From contig JBKJLC010000156.1 in assembly GCA_046597055.1 (NCBI GenBank), positions 1 to 43,294 of the forward strand: DNA of 43,294 nt. The letters are read 5' to 3'. Below, one piece after another: positions 1-9,700 of this stretch. Both the position numbers and the translations under genes were made by a program. Source of the stretch: Kofleriaceae bacterium (GTDB taxonomy: Bacteria; Myxococcota_A; Polyangia; Haliangiales; Haliangiaceae). Numbering within the stretch: the first letter of the stretch is position 1; each line of letters begins with the position of its first letter. Below the pieces are notes generated by a model that worked only from the letters and a program-made list of their open reading frames with translations, had not been told where the DNA came from and did not search any database.

Positions 1-62
1 ATCACTCCGGCGGCGCCGTGGCGCCGCGAGGGTTCACACTCGACGCGCAGTCGAGAGGACGC

Positions 63-449
63 TCAGATGAGCAGCGTGCGGTTCCGGAGGAAGACCGGGG
101 GTCCCCGTGGCAGCGCCAGGCGCGACACGAGCACGAACATCGGGACGGTGGTCGGCGCGGGCGGCAGGATGATCGAGGCCGGCTGCGCCGGCGCCGTCAC
201 TTCCGTCGACGTCGAATCGACACGCAGCCGCGGATCGCTGGCGGTCGTCCGAGCCTGCTCGAGATCACAGCAGCATGCCGCGCTGGCCTCGGGCTCGTCC
301 GCGGGTCCGCGCCGATCGTCGGCGGCGGCAGGACAGCAACACGTCGTCATCGCCGCGCCCGTACTCCGGCAGCGATACCACTCGCTCGCCATCGCGCTGG
401 TCGGCGCGATCGCCACCACGAGGAGCAGGATGAGTAAAGGACGGCGCAC
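63..449 (-). CDS. Small exported Cys-rich protein with C-terminal Pro-rich RGPP motif (DUF2946/CutF/CruR-like)
   Basis: Signal peptide MRRPLLILLLVVAIAPTSAMA, two CCC clusters, Pro-rich tail ending LPRGPPVFLRNRTLLI; GTG start. Confidence 0.7.
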   Translation of the reverse strand: MRRPLLILLLVVAIAPTSAMASEWYRCRSTGAAMTTCCCPAAADDRRGPADEPEASAACCCDLEQARTTASDPRLRVDSTSTEVTAPAQPASIILPPAPTTVPMFVLVSRLALPRGPPVFLRNRTLLI

Positions 450-524
450 GTCGACTCAAGGGTAGGCGGTCGGTGGGCCCGGCGCAAGCCTGGCCGCTCG
501 CGCGCGCTCCGGGGGGCACGTGCG

Positions 525-806
525 CTATCGCGGTGCGGCGAGGTCGCTCGCATCGATCGGCGTCGACACCAGTGCCTCGCTGGCATGGCTTTCCTCGCAC
601 TGCTCCAGCCGGTAAGCGATCTCACCGGAGCACAGCGCTTCCGGGGTCTGGCACATCCCGGTCTCGAAGCACCAGGCGCACTCGCCGCGCATCGTGCAGA
701 CGTCGCAGGCCCGATCCAGCGCGCAGCTCGAGCTGGTCTCGGCGCATCCGACGGCGGCCACGTGGGCGAGCAGGACGATCGCAGCCTGCACGACGGCCGG
801 ACGCAT
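525..806 (-). CDS. Small lipoprotein with PSI-like 8-cysteine domain
   Basis: From ATG at 806: hydrophobic signal ending AAVG-C, then C-x5-C-x2-C-x5-C-x-W-C-x5-C-x6-C-x10-C. The upstream part of track ORF 525..932 is not protein-like. Confidence 0.65.
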   Translation of the reverse strand: MRPAVVQAAIVLLAHVAAVGCAETSSSCALDRACDVCTMRGECAWCFETGMCQTPEALCSGEIAYRLEQCEESHASEALVSTPIDASDLAAPR

Positions 807-1020
807 CAGCCGAGGCGCCCGCGCTCGGCGTCGGGTCCCTGAGCCACCGGGCCTACTTCCGAGTCCATCGGGCGCCGACTCTACTATGCGGCGCGTCGAC
901 CGCGGGTCGGGTCTCGGTCCCCGGGCGCACATCCTGGGCTTGCGGCGGCGGACGGGTGGTCCTGGCGGCTTCGCCGATCAGCGGTGGTCGGGCGGCGATC
1001 GGTTCCGCTACCATGCCGCC

Positions 1021-2322
1021 ATGGTTCGTGCTGCGTCGCTGCTCTCCGCCGCTGCTGTGCTGGCGCTCGCCGCCGCGGCGCGTCCGGCCCACGCCAACGG
1101 CGTCAACATCCATTCGTGGATCACGCTGCGCGCGGTCGAGCTGCTGCCGGAGGGCCAGCTGCGCCGCATCCTGTCGGATCCGGCGATGGAGCCGTACCTG
1201 GTCAACGGCTCGATCTTTCCCGACGGCGGGTACGCAGTGAACGACGGCTATGGCGAGCTCACCCACTGGGAACCGTTCGTCACGGCGTACATCGCGTGGA
1301 TGCGCGCCGAGCTCGGGCCGCCCTACGACCGGCCCGAGGCGCGCAAGCACCTCGGGTTCCTGATGGGCGTCGCGTCGCACGGCATGGAAGATCAGGTGTT
1401 CGACTCCTCGTACATGGCGGCCGCGCGTCGCTTCGACGCGGTGGGTTGGTCGGACGTCCTGTTCGAGGACTTCGATACCGCCACCGATGTCCTGCTGGTG
1501 GCCGCCACCGGCGCCGACTTCCGCGGCCGCGAGGTGTGGGTCCCGGCCGAGGAGGCGGCCGGGGTCCTGGCTGGCATCGGCCACCCGGTCGCACCCTCGG
1601 TGCTCCTCGAGGCGCAGGGCGCGATGCACACGTTCGTGCTCGCGTACGGCTCGATCAACGGGCGCAACCCGGCCGAGGTCGAGCGCTACACCGCCCAGTA
1701 CCCGTGGGGCGCCGCCCACATCATGGACGAGCACGAGCCGGGGTCGCCGCCGACCGAGGCCGAGGTGGTGTCGGCCTACCAGCAGGTGATCTGGGACCGC
1801 CTGCACGACGCGTCGGGCGTGCAGAACCAGATCATCGCGACCTATCCCAGCGCCGGCTCCGACGGTCATCCCACCGATCGCACGCGGATCGACGCCCAGG
1901 TGCAGCTCTACTTCGGCCACGGGGTGTACGGGCAGGAGCTGTACGACAAGCTCGCGATCACCGATGCCACGGGCAAGGCCTACCACCTGGGGATCCAGGC
2001 GTGGTCGGGCACCGTGGGCAACCTGATCCGGCTGGTGCCCGAGGAGGACTGGGCCCCGGACCAGACCTTCACCGTCACGGTCGCGCCGGGCGTGCGCACG
2101 ATCGATGGCCTCACCTACGACCAGCCGTGGTCGTTCCAGTTCTCGACCCGCGCTGCCACCGGCCCGCGCGATCCGATGAGCGATCCGACCCCGCACCAGG
2201 GCGAGCCGTGGGTGCCGGAGGCGCCCGACGACGGTGGCTGCTCGGCCGGTGGCGGCGCCGGGAGCCTGGTGGGGCTGGCGGCGCTGGCGCTGCTGGGCCG
2301 CCGCCGGCGGGTGCGCGCGTGA
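1021..2322 (+). CDS. Zinc-dependent phospholipase C-family protein with Ig-like (Big_5-type) domain and MYXO-CTERM anchor
   Basis: Signal peptide ending AHA; NGVNIH, GSIFPD, THW and GVASHGMED Zn-ligand-like motifs; IIATYP...FTVTV...FQFST Ig-like domain; GGCSAG-hydrophobic-RRRR tail; TACCAT 6 nt before the ATG. Confidence 0.8.
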   Translation: MVRAASLLSAAAVLALAAAARPAHANGVNIHSWITLRAVELLPEGQLRRILSDPAMEPYLVNGSIFPDGGYAVNDGYGELTHWEPFVTAYIAWMRAELGPPYDRPEARKHLGFLMGVASHGMEDQVFDSSYMAAARRFDAVGWSDVLFEDFDTATDVLLVAATGADFRGREVWVPAEEAAGVLAGIGHPVAPSVLLEAQGAMHTFVLAYGSINGRNPAEVERYTAQYPWGAAHIMDEHEPGSPPTEAEVVSAYQQVIWDRLHDASGVQNQIIATYPSAGSDGHPTDRTRIDAQVQLYFGHGVYGQELYDKLAITDATGKAYHLGIQAWSGTVGNLIRLVPEEDWAPDQTFTVTVAPGVRTIDGLTYDQPWSFQFSTRAATGPRDPMSDPTPHQGEPWVPEAPDDGGCSAGGGAGSLVGLAALALLGRRRRVRA

Positions 2323-3152
2323 GCGACCGGTCGGGCGACCTGTCGGTGACCGCGCTCTACACGTCGCAGACGTGGACGTGGGGCGGGCTGTCGTACGCGC
2401 CGCTGTTCGCAACCGTCGACGCGAAGCGGGTGTTCGACGCGACCAACGCCGCCCTCGCGGCGGCCAGCGTGTTCCGCCGCGGTCAGACCCCGCTGCGCGA
2501 GGAGCTGCTGCATCGCCACGCCATGATCGATCACCTGCTGCGCGAGTCAGGCGCGCGCCAGGTGCTCGAGGTCGCGGCCGGGCTGTCGCGGCGCGGCGCC
2601 GCCTTCAGCGAGGACGCCGGGCTGCGCTACACCGAGGTCGATCTGCCGCCGATGATCGCGCGCAAGCGGACGCTGCTCGAGCGCACCGAGGCCGGCCGCG
2701 CGGTGCTGGCCCGGCCCGGCCTGCGGCTGATCGGCGCCGACGTCGAGACCGCGCCGCTGGACACCTACGTGACCCCGGGCGAGCCGCTGGTCGTGATCGC
2801 CGAGGGCCTGCTGGTGTACCTGACGGCCGACGCGCAGCGCCGGCTGTGGATGCGGGTACACGCCTTGGCCGCGGTCGCTGGCACGGTGCGCCTGATCTTC
2901 GATCTCACCCCGGCCTGCGAGCAGCCGGCGCCGGGCGTGATCGGCGGCGTGCTGGCCGGCGCGATGAAGCGCTTCACCGGCGGCCGCGGCTTCGAGCGCG
3001 ACGCCCGCACCCGCGACGACCTGCGCGCGGAACTGCGCGCGGCCGGCTTTGCCCGGGTCGACGTGATCGACTCGGCGGCGGTGGCGCAGCCGTGGGCCCT
3101 GCCCCACCCGGCGGCGGCGACCCGTCAGGTGCTGTTCGACTGCGCCAGCTGA
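2319..3152 (+). CDS. Class I SAM-dependent methyltransferase (LCM/O-methyltransferase-like)
   Basis: GTGA overlap with upstream stop; RHAMIDHLL, QVLEVAAGLSRRG, EVDLP, IAEGLLVYL motifs. Confidence 0.85.
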   Translation: MSDRSGDLSVTALYTSQTWTWGGLSYAPLFATVDAKRVFDATNAALAAASVFRRGQTPLREELLHRHAMIDHLLRESGARQVLEVAAGLSRRGAAFSEDAGLRYTEVDLPPMIARKRTLLERTEAGRAVLARPGLRLIGADVETAPLDTYVTPGEPLVVIAEGLLVYLTADAQRRLWMRVHALAAVAGTVRLIFDLTPACEQPAPGVIGGVLAGAMKRFTGGRGFERDARTRDDLRAELRAAGFARVDVIDSAAVAQPWALPHPAAATRQVLFDCAS

Positions 3153-3229
3153 CCTGAAGTCCAGCCAGATCATTGCCACTCCCGTCTGCGCACCGCCCGA
3201 CGATCAGAGCCGACCGTTAGGTTGGACCA

Positions 3230-4561
3230 CTAATGCGTCGGCGATCCTCGAACGGGCTCGGGCCCGAGCAGGAGGTGCGAGAAGACCTCCTGCTCGATCC
3301 ACACGCCGGTCGCGTGCAGCTCTTCGAGGAGGTCGTGGCACGGCGCGCCGGCATCGTCGATCGCGAGGAGCCGGGCGATCCGGGCGCGCTCGTCGGCGGC
3401 GATGGCGCGGCCGCCGGCGGCGAAACGGCGGTGGCTGGCGACGTCCATGTGCCACGGCTCGATGGCGACGTGGGCGCGCTGGCTCAGGCTACGCAGGATA
3501 AGGATCCCGGTGCGATCGAGATCGCCGGCGTGGCGGATCGGCAGGCAGGTGGGCGCGCACAGGCGGAGGAGCATGACGACGGCCCAGTTGGCCTGGCCAC
3601 GGGCGCACACGACGAGCTCGGTCCGGGGATCGGCGCGCTCGACGTAGTCGAGGAACGGCGCCTGGTTTTCAAAGATGGTGATGCGCCGGGCGGGCAGGTC
3701 GACCAGCGTGGCGTCGCGGAGCTGGGCCGCCGAGAGCGGGGTCGGGTCGCCGAGCGCGGCATGGCGGGCGACGTGGTCGAACGGGGACTCGGTGCCGCGG
3801 CGGTAGACGAGGGGACCGAAGGTGTGGACGAGGATACCGGCGTCGTCGCGGAGGAGGCCGCGGGCCTCGAGGGCGTAGGCGGCGGCGGCGGCAGGGGAAG
3901 CCGGGTGGCGGGCGGCGACGTCGGCCTGGGTCCGGGCATCGTGGAGCAGGAGCGCGGCGGCGAGGCGGCGGGCGCGCTCGCTGCCGGGCAGGAGGGCCTT
4001 GCTGTCGCCGAGCACGCGGGCGGCGAAGTTGGCGATGCGGATGGGCGTGCGGAGGTCGAGAATCGCATCGAGCGCCCGGGCGACGTCGGTGATCACGGCG
4101 GTGGCGCGGGCGACCCCATCGCTCTCGGCGAGGGCCCAGGTGTCGCCGGTCGCACTGGCAGCAGCGGCCTGTTCGGCGACGAGGAAGCCGCGCGCGACCG
4201 CGCGCGCCGGGGCCGGAATCGCGGCCAGCGCGGCGCACAGGTCGCCGCGGCGGCGCGCCCGCTCGGCGGGCGGGTCGCGCCGGGCTCGGTCCAGCGCCGC
4301 ATAGAGGAGGTCATCGAGCGCAACGACCGGGACGACGCCGAGATCGAGCCGGGCGCGCGCCGGCGCGATCGGCGTGACCGCCCGCGCGGAGAAGACGGCG
4401 CGCAGGGCGGCCACCACGCCGGCGTCGGCATCGACGGTGAGGCGGCGCGGCAACCGGCCGGCGCGCTCGCAATGGTCGAGGATGGCGTTCAGCGCGGCGC
4501 GGGTGCCGGGGGCGGCGGCAACCGCGGCCTGGATGGCCGAGACGATGGCGGTCCGCTCCAC
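3230..4561 (-). CDS. jetD: Wadjet JetD/MksG-like TOPRIM nuclease (DUF2399/TIGR02679-like)
   Basis: VLGDSKAL, IFENQAPF, RHAGDLDRTGILI (DxD), PWHMD and WIEQE motifs; start placed at GTG 4561 because TATCGT lies 7 nt upstream. Confidence 0.8.
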   Translation of the reverse strand: MERTAIVSAIQAAVAAAPGTRAALNAILDHCERAGRLPRRLTVDADAGVVAALRAVFSARAVTPIAPARARLDLGVVPVVALDDLLYAALDRARRDPPAERARRRGDLCAALAAIPAPARAVARGFLVAEQAAAASATGDTWALAESDGVARATAVITDVARALDAILDLRTPIRIANFAARVLGDSKALLPGSERARRLAAALLLHDARTQADVAARHPASPAAAAAYALEARGLLRDDAGILVHTFGPLVYRRGTESPFDHVARHAALGDPTPLSAAQLRDATLVDLPARRITIFENQAPFLDYVERADPRTELVVCARGQANWAVVMLLRLCAPTCLPIRHAGDLDRTGILILRSLSQRAHVAIEPWHMDVASHRRFAAGGRAIAADERARIARLLAIDDAGAPCHDLLEELHATGVWIEQEVFSHLLLGPEPVRGSPTH

Positions 4562-4591
4562 GACGCGCACGATAGCGCAGCGGCCCGACGT

Positions 4592-6094
4592 TTGATCGCC
4601 GCCGAGCCGGGGGCACGGGCGGCCGCGTTTGCCGACGGCTGCGCGCCGGTGCTGGCGCGCGGGCTCGCGGGTCGCATCGCGGCGGCGCTCACGGCGGAAC
4701 GCGCACCGTGGTACCTGACCATCCTCTACGGGCTGCTGCTGTTCCGGCGTGACCACGAGCTCGAGCCACTGCACGAGGACGTGCTGGCGCGGGTCACCGG
4801 AGCCGCCGCCGGCTTCGGGCCGTACGACCCGGCGTTGTTCGGGCAGGACGTCGGACAGCTGGTCGACTGGGGGGCGATCGACCGGGTCACCGAAGCGCAC
4901 AAGCTGCGCAGCTACCGCGATAACCGGCGGGAACGCTTCCGCTATCGCATCACCGACGACGCCGTGGCGCTGCTCGAGTGGCTCGAGACGCGGCTGGCGG
5001 CGAAGCTCGCCGGCCGGGTCGGTGACAGCCGTGACCGGCTGGCCGACGTGCTCGGTCAGCTGCGCGAGGTCCGCCGCGTGCTCGACGAGTGGCGGGAGGG
5101 CACGCGCGGAGCCGATCCCGCCCGGCGCGTGCTGTACCTGATCGAGGGGACCGGCGACGCGATCGACGAGGTCGGCACCGAGCTGCTGGCGTTCCGCGCC
5201 GAGATGCTCGGGTTCGCGTCGCGGCCCTACGACCTGGGCGCGCTGCGCACGATCCTGGCGTGGCTCGAGCGCTACGTCGCCGTGTACGTGCGGCGCATCG
5301 AGGAGCTGCGCACCGAGATCGCGGTGCGGCTGCACGAGCTGGCGGCGCCGCGCTACCTGGGCGCGCTCGACGAGTGCCGCGCGGTGGTCGCCGAGGAGCG
5401 CGCCGCGACGCCGCGGGCGCTCCACGTCGCGCCGGTGGTGCCGCCGGGCGAACGGATCGCGGCGCAGGCCATGTTCTTCGCGGCCACCGGCATGCTCGCC
5501 GGGCTGTGCGCCCGGATCGACGAGTCGGCGCGCGCGGTCGTCGTCAAGATGCAGCGGCACCTGCGCGAGCTCGAGCGGCGCAGCGCGCGGCTCGCCGATC
5601 TGCGGGCGGCGATCCGGGCCGTGGCGGCGCGTCCGGCGCACGACCCACGGCTGGCCGAGCTGGGGCGCACGCTCGTCGCGGCCGGGCACGTGCGCGTGGA
5701 CCGGCGCCCGGCGTCGGCCGGGCAGCCGTCGGCGCCGCCGGTGCCGCGCAGCCACGTGCGCACGGCGACGGTCACCGGCCCACGCCCGCTGGTGCGCAAG
5801 CGGGGCAACCTCGAGGCGGTCCGCGAGCTGACCGCGCGTCGGCAGGCGGCACTCGGCGCCTGGCTCGCGGAGGTGACGGCTGGCCGCGCGCGCGTGCGGC
5901 TGTCGGCGGCGCGGCTGGATGGCCCCGAGGCGCCCCGCCGCATGCTCGACGTCGCCCGGGCCGCCCACCTGGCCGGCGGACGCGCGCTGCGCGAGGTCGG
6001 CTTCACGCTGGAACCCGCCGATGGCGAAGCGGTACTCGGCGACGACGCGTGCGGCCTGGCCGCGCCCGACGGCTGGATCGTCCGGAGGGAATGA
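4592..6094 (+). CDS. jetA: Wadjet JetA/MksF-like kleisin (DUF2397/TIGR02677-like)
   Basis: Protein-like part of track ORF 3233..6094 begins near TTG 4592; AERAPWYLTIL, QLVDWGAI, YRDNRRERFRYRIT winged-helix-like N-terminus then helical body; precedes jetB and jetC. Exact start uncertain. Confidence 0.75.
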   Translation: MIAAEPGARAAAFADGCAPVLARGLAGRIAAALTAERAPWYLTILYGLLLFRRDHELEPLHEDVLARVTGAAAGFGPYDPALFGQDVGQLVDWGAIDRVTEAHKLRSYRDNRRERFRYRITDDAVALLEWLETRLAAKLAGRVGDSRDRLADVLGQLREVRRVLDEWREGTRGADPARRVLYLIEGTGDAIDEVGTELLAFRAEMLGFASRPYDLGALRTILAWLERYVAVYVRRIEELRTEIAVRLHELAAPRYLGALDECRAVVAEERAATPRALHVAPVVPPGERIAAQAMFFAATGMLAGLCARIDESARAVVVKMQRHLRELERRSARLADLRAAIRAVAARPAHDPRLAELGRTLVAAGHVRVDRRPASAGQPSAPPVPRSHVRTATVTGPRPLVRKRGNLEAVRELTARRQAALGAWLAEVTAGRARVRLSAARLDGPEAPRRMLDVARAAHLAGGRALREVGFTLEPADGEAVLGDDACGLAAPDGWIVRRE

Positions 6095-6774
6095 TGGGGA
6101 TCTATTTCGACAAGCTCAACGGTCCGCGCGTCACGGCGGTGCTCAACGTGCTCGGGGAAACGCCGTTTTTCTATCGCGACGACGACGTCGATCTGTTCCA
6201 GTTCTTGCGTCGCAACAAGGCCGAGTTCACCCGCTTCTACGAAGAGCTCTACGGCTGGGAGCTCTACGTCGACGGCCGCACGGCGCGCGTCTACAAGGAG
6301 CGCTGGCACAACCGCGCGCTCCGTCCAAGCCAGCACGACGTCTTCGATCTGACGCGCCGGGACGACTGCCTGGCGTTCCTCCTCTTGCTCGAGTTTCACG
6401 GCCACCTGCTCGAGCAGCACAACCTTGCGGGTGACGACGCCGAGCCGCCGCGGTTCCTGTTCGGGGAGCTGTTCGACTTCGCGCGGACGCGTCTGGCCGA
6501 AGAACTGGGCGCGGCGGCGCCCACCGACGAGGAGGTCCGGCTGCTCCTGCGCGGCCTGTGGCCGACGCTGGAGCGCTATCGCTTCGTGCGTGCGATCGTC
6601 CGCGGCGACGGTGATGGCGAGCGCCACCCCGGCGACGACGGCGACCGCGTGCTCTACGAGGCGCTGCCCGGCCTGCATCACTACGACATCCGGCGGCTGG
6701 GGCCGGCCGCGCTGGCGCGGGCGTTCGGCGCCGATGACGCCGCGCCCGAGCCCCGCGAGGAAGCGGCACCGTGA
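6091..6774 (+). CDS. jetB: Wadjet JetB/MksE-like KITE subunit (DUF2398/TIGR02678-like)
   Basis: ATGA overlap with jetA stop; 227 aa; LFQFLRRNKAEFTRFYEELYGWELYVDGRTARVYK; lies between kleisin-like and SMC genes. Confidence 0.75.
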   Translation: MMGIYFDKLNGPRVTAVLNVLGETPFFYRDDDVDLFQFLRRNKAEFTRFYEELYGWELYVDGRTARVYKERWHNRALRPSQHDVFDLTRRDDCLAFLLLLEFHGHLLEQHNLAGDDAEPPRFLFGELFDFARTRLAEELGAAAPTDEEVRLLLRGLWPTLERYRFVRAIVRGDGDGERHPGDDGDRVLYEALPGLHHYDIRRLGPAALARAFGADDAAPEPREEAAP

Positions 6775-9700
6775 CCACCTACCAGCTGCGCACCATCCGC
6801 CTGATCAACTTCCACAACTTCGTCGATGAGACCATCGAGGTCCGTGACGGCGGTCACCTGTTCCTGCTCGGCGACAACGGCTCGGGGAAGACCACGGTGC
6901 TCGACGCGGTGCACCTGGTGCTGGCCGGCGCCGATCTGGAGCTCAACGCGGCCGCCCGCATCGGCGGCCGGCGCGAGGATGGCCGCACGCTGCAGGGGGT
7001 CGTGCTGCGCTACGACTCCGAGCGCGGCGTCCGCAATCGGGCCGGGGCGATCGCCTACGCGGTGATCGAGCTGGTCGACCCGGTGAGCGGTCGGCGCGTG
7101 ACCCTCGGCATCGGCGCCGAGGCCACGACGATGGAGGCGCGGGTCGTGAAGTGGGGCTTCCTGGTCGCGCGCCCGCTGGCAGAAGTCGCGCTGCTCGACG
7201 ATCACGAGCAGCCGCTCGATCGCGACGCGCTGCGCCGCCAGCTCGGCGCCGCGCAGGTCTTCGCGCCGCTCGCGGCCTACCGCAAGGAGCTGGCCCGGCG
7301 CCTGTTTGGCTCCGAGGCGCAATACGACGAAGCGGTGCGCTTCTGGGGGATGGCGAAGGCCTATCGCGAGATCGTGAGTGGGGCCCGCGACTTCGGCGCG
7401 CTGTTCGAGCGCCTGTTGCCGGCCCCCGACGGCACCGTGTTCGACGAGATCCTGAAGACGTTGCGCGCGATCGACGACCTCGACCTCGCGCTGCGCGACC
7501 TCGACGGCCAGCGGGCTTACGTCGGCAGCCTGGCCGAGCGCATGCGGGATGTCGCGACCGGGCGCGAGGCGGCCGTCCGCTACGGCTGGCTGGCCTGCCG
7601 GCGCGAGCAGGACGACGCCGCCGCGGCCGGCGCCCACGCCACGACCGAGGCGGCGACCTGGACGCACGAGGCCCGACGGCTGGACGTGGAGGCCGAGGCG
7701 GCGCGGCTGCGCAGCGAGCGCGCCGACGAGAGCCTGCGCCGCGCCGAGTCCGCCGATGCCGCCAGCGTCCTCACCGCGGTCCGCGCCGCCGAGGTCCGGC
7801 AGCGCGAGCACGCCATCGAGGTCGAGCGCGCCGGCAACGACGTCGCCGAGCGCCGGCGCGAGTGCGACCGGACCGCCGGCGTCGCCGCGACCCGACGTGC
7901 CGCGCTGACCGAGCACGCGCGCACGTCGGCAAGCGAGCTGCGCGCCGCGGTCGCCGCCGCCCGTGAGCTGCCGGGCGAGCTCGAGGTGGTCGCGCAGCTC
8001 GGCGACGCGCTCGAGCAAGTGACGCCGCCCGGCGTCGTCGAGGTCGCCGCGTTGCCTGAGGTCGCCGGGGCCGCCGGGGTCGCCGAGGTGGTGCTCGCCG
8101 GGAGGCAGCGCGCCCTGATCGACGCGCAGGTGGACCGCGGCACCGCCGAGGGGCGACGGGCCGCATGTGCCAACGCGGTGACCGAGCTCGAGGCCGGGTC
8201 CGAGACCGGGCTGCTGCTACTTGGCCACGCCGCGGCGCGGCGGGCGCTGGCCGCTGCCGGGATCGCGGCCCGCCCGCTGTACGAGCTGCTCGAGCCGGCA
8301 CCGGACGCCGACCCGGCCACGCTGGCGGCGATCGAAGCGCTGGCGGGTGACGACGTCCTCGGTGCGCTGGTGGTCGCCGACGACGAGCGTGGCCGCGCGC
8401 GGGAGCTCGTCGCGGCGGTGGCGCCGAGCGTCCGCGTCGTGATGACCGCCTCGAGCGCCGCGGCGCTGCCGGCCTGGTGCGCCGCGGCGCTCGCCGGCTC
8501 ACCGACCACGGCGACCACCGTGCTGGCAGCCGCGCTGAGCCAGCCTCCCGACCTCGGGCCGCTGCCGCCGCCCGACGCGCGCGACGTGATGCTCCGCGGC
8601 CTCGCCCATCGCGTGGCGAACGAGCCCCCGCGGCTGCTCGGCGCCGTCGCCCGGCAGCGTGCGCATGCTGCCCGGCTCGCCGCCGCGCGCGCGGTCCTGG
8701 CCGATGCCGACCGCGCCGTGATCGAGGCCGGCCGCACCGTCGACCTCGCGCGTGACGGTGTCGATCGAGCGCAGCGGCTGGGGCGCGCGATCGCCGCCGC
8801 CGGTGGCGCCGCTCTGGTGGGCGCGTGGCACGAGGCCAGCGCTGCCCTGCATCGGGCCGGGCTGGCGACCGAGGCGTGGCGGGGCGCCGAGCGCCGCGCG
8901 GCGACCTGTGCAACCCGACTCGCCGAGCTCCAGGCCGAGGTCGGCGCGCTGCGGGCGCGGATCGACGGCGTCGATCTCGACGAGCTCGAGCGGCGCCTCG
9001 CGACGCTCCGCCGCGCCGCCGCCGAGAGCCGACAGGCGTGGCGCGACCTCGTCGACCAGGCGGCGCAGGCCGCCGCCGAGGTGCGCGCCGCCACCGGGCG
9101 CGCCGCCGCCGCCCGGGCGAGGAGCGCCGATCTCGCGGCCCAGCTCGCCGACGCGACGCGCCGTCTGCGCGCCGCCCTGGTAGCGATCAGCGCCGATCCG
9201 TTCGACGGTGACGATGACGGACTCGCGCACCACGTGCGGGTGACCTTGCGCGGCGATAGCTTCCGGAGCTCGGACACGCTCCGCCAGCGCATCGCCGAGG
9301 AGGAGCGGGCCGCCGACGCGGCCGCCGACGAGCTGGAGCGCGACGGCTCGCGCGGCGTTCGCTTTCTCCTCCACGCCGCGCGCTTCGGGTTCCTCTACGA
9401 CCGGGCCCGGAACCACATCGAGGACGGGCGCGGCCAGCCCCTCGCCGGCGTGCTCGCCGAGCTCGACCGCTCGATCGGCGAGCAGCGCTCGGTGGTCAAC
9501 GAGCGGACGCGGACGCTGATGGACACGCTGGTCATGGGCGAGCTCGCCCGCCACCTCCAAGGCCAGGTCCATCACCTGCACGACACGATCAAGGGCATCA
9601 ACCGCGTGATGCGCGGCCTGCGCTTCGGACCCACCGAGTATCAGTTCCAGGTCACCCCGCGGGCCGACCGCATCGAGCTGATCGAGCTGGTGCGTCGCCT

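Noticed and set aside
3233..4591. N-terminal half of the 953-aa ORF 3233..6094 as a JetA extension, and the 4562..5968 extension of the jetD ORF
   Set aside because: Each extension is the antisense shadow of the other real gene; motifs support two separate divergent genes.
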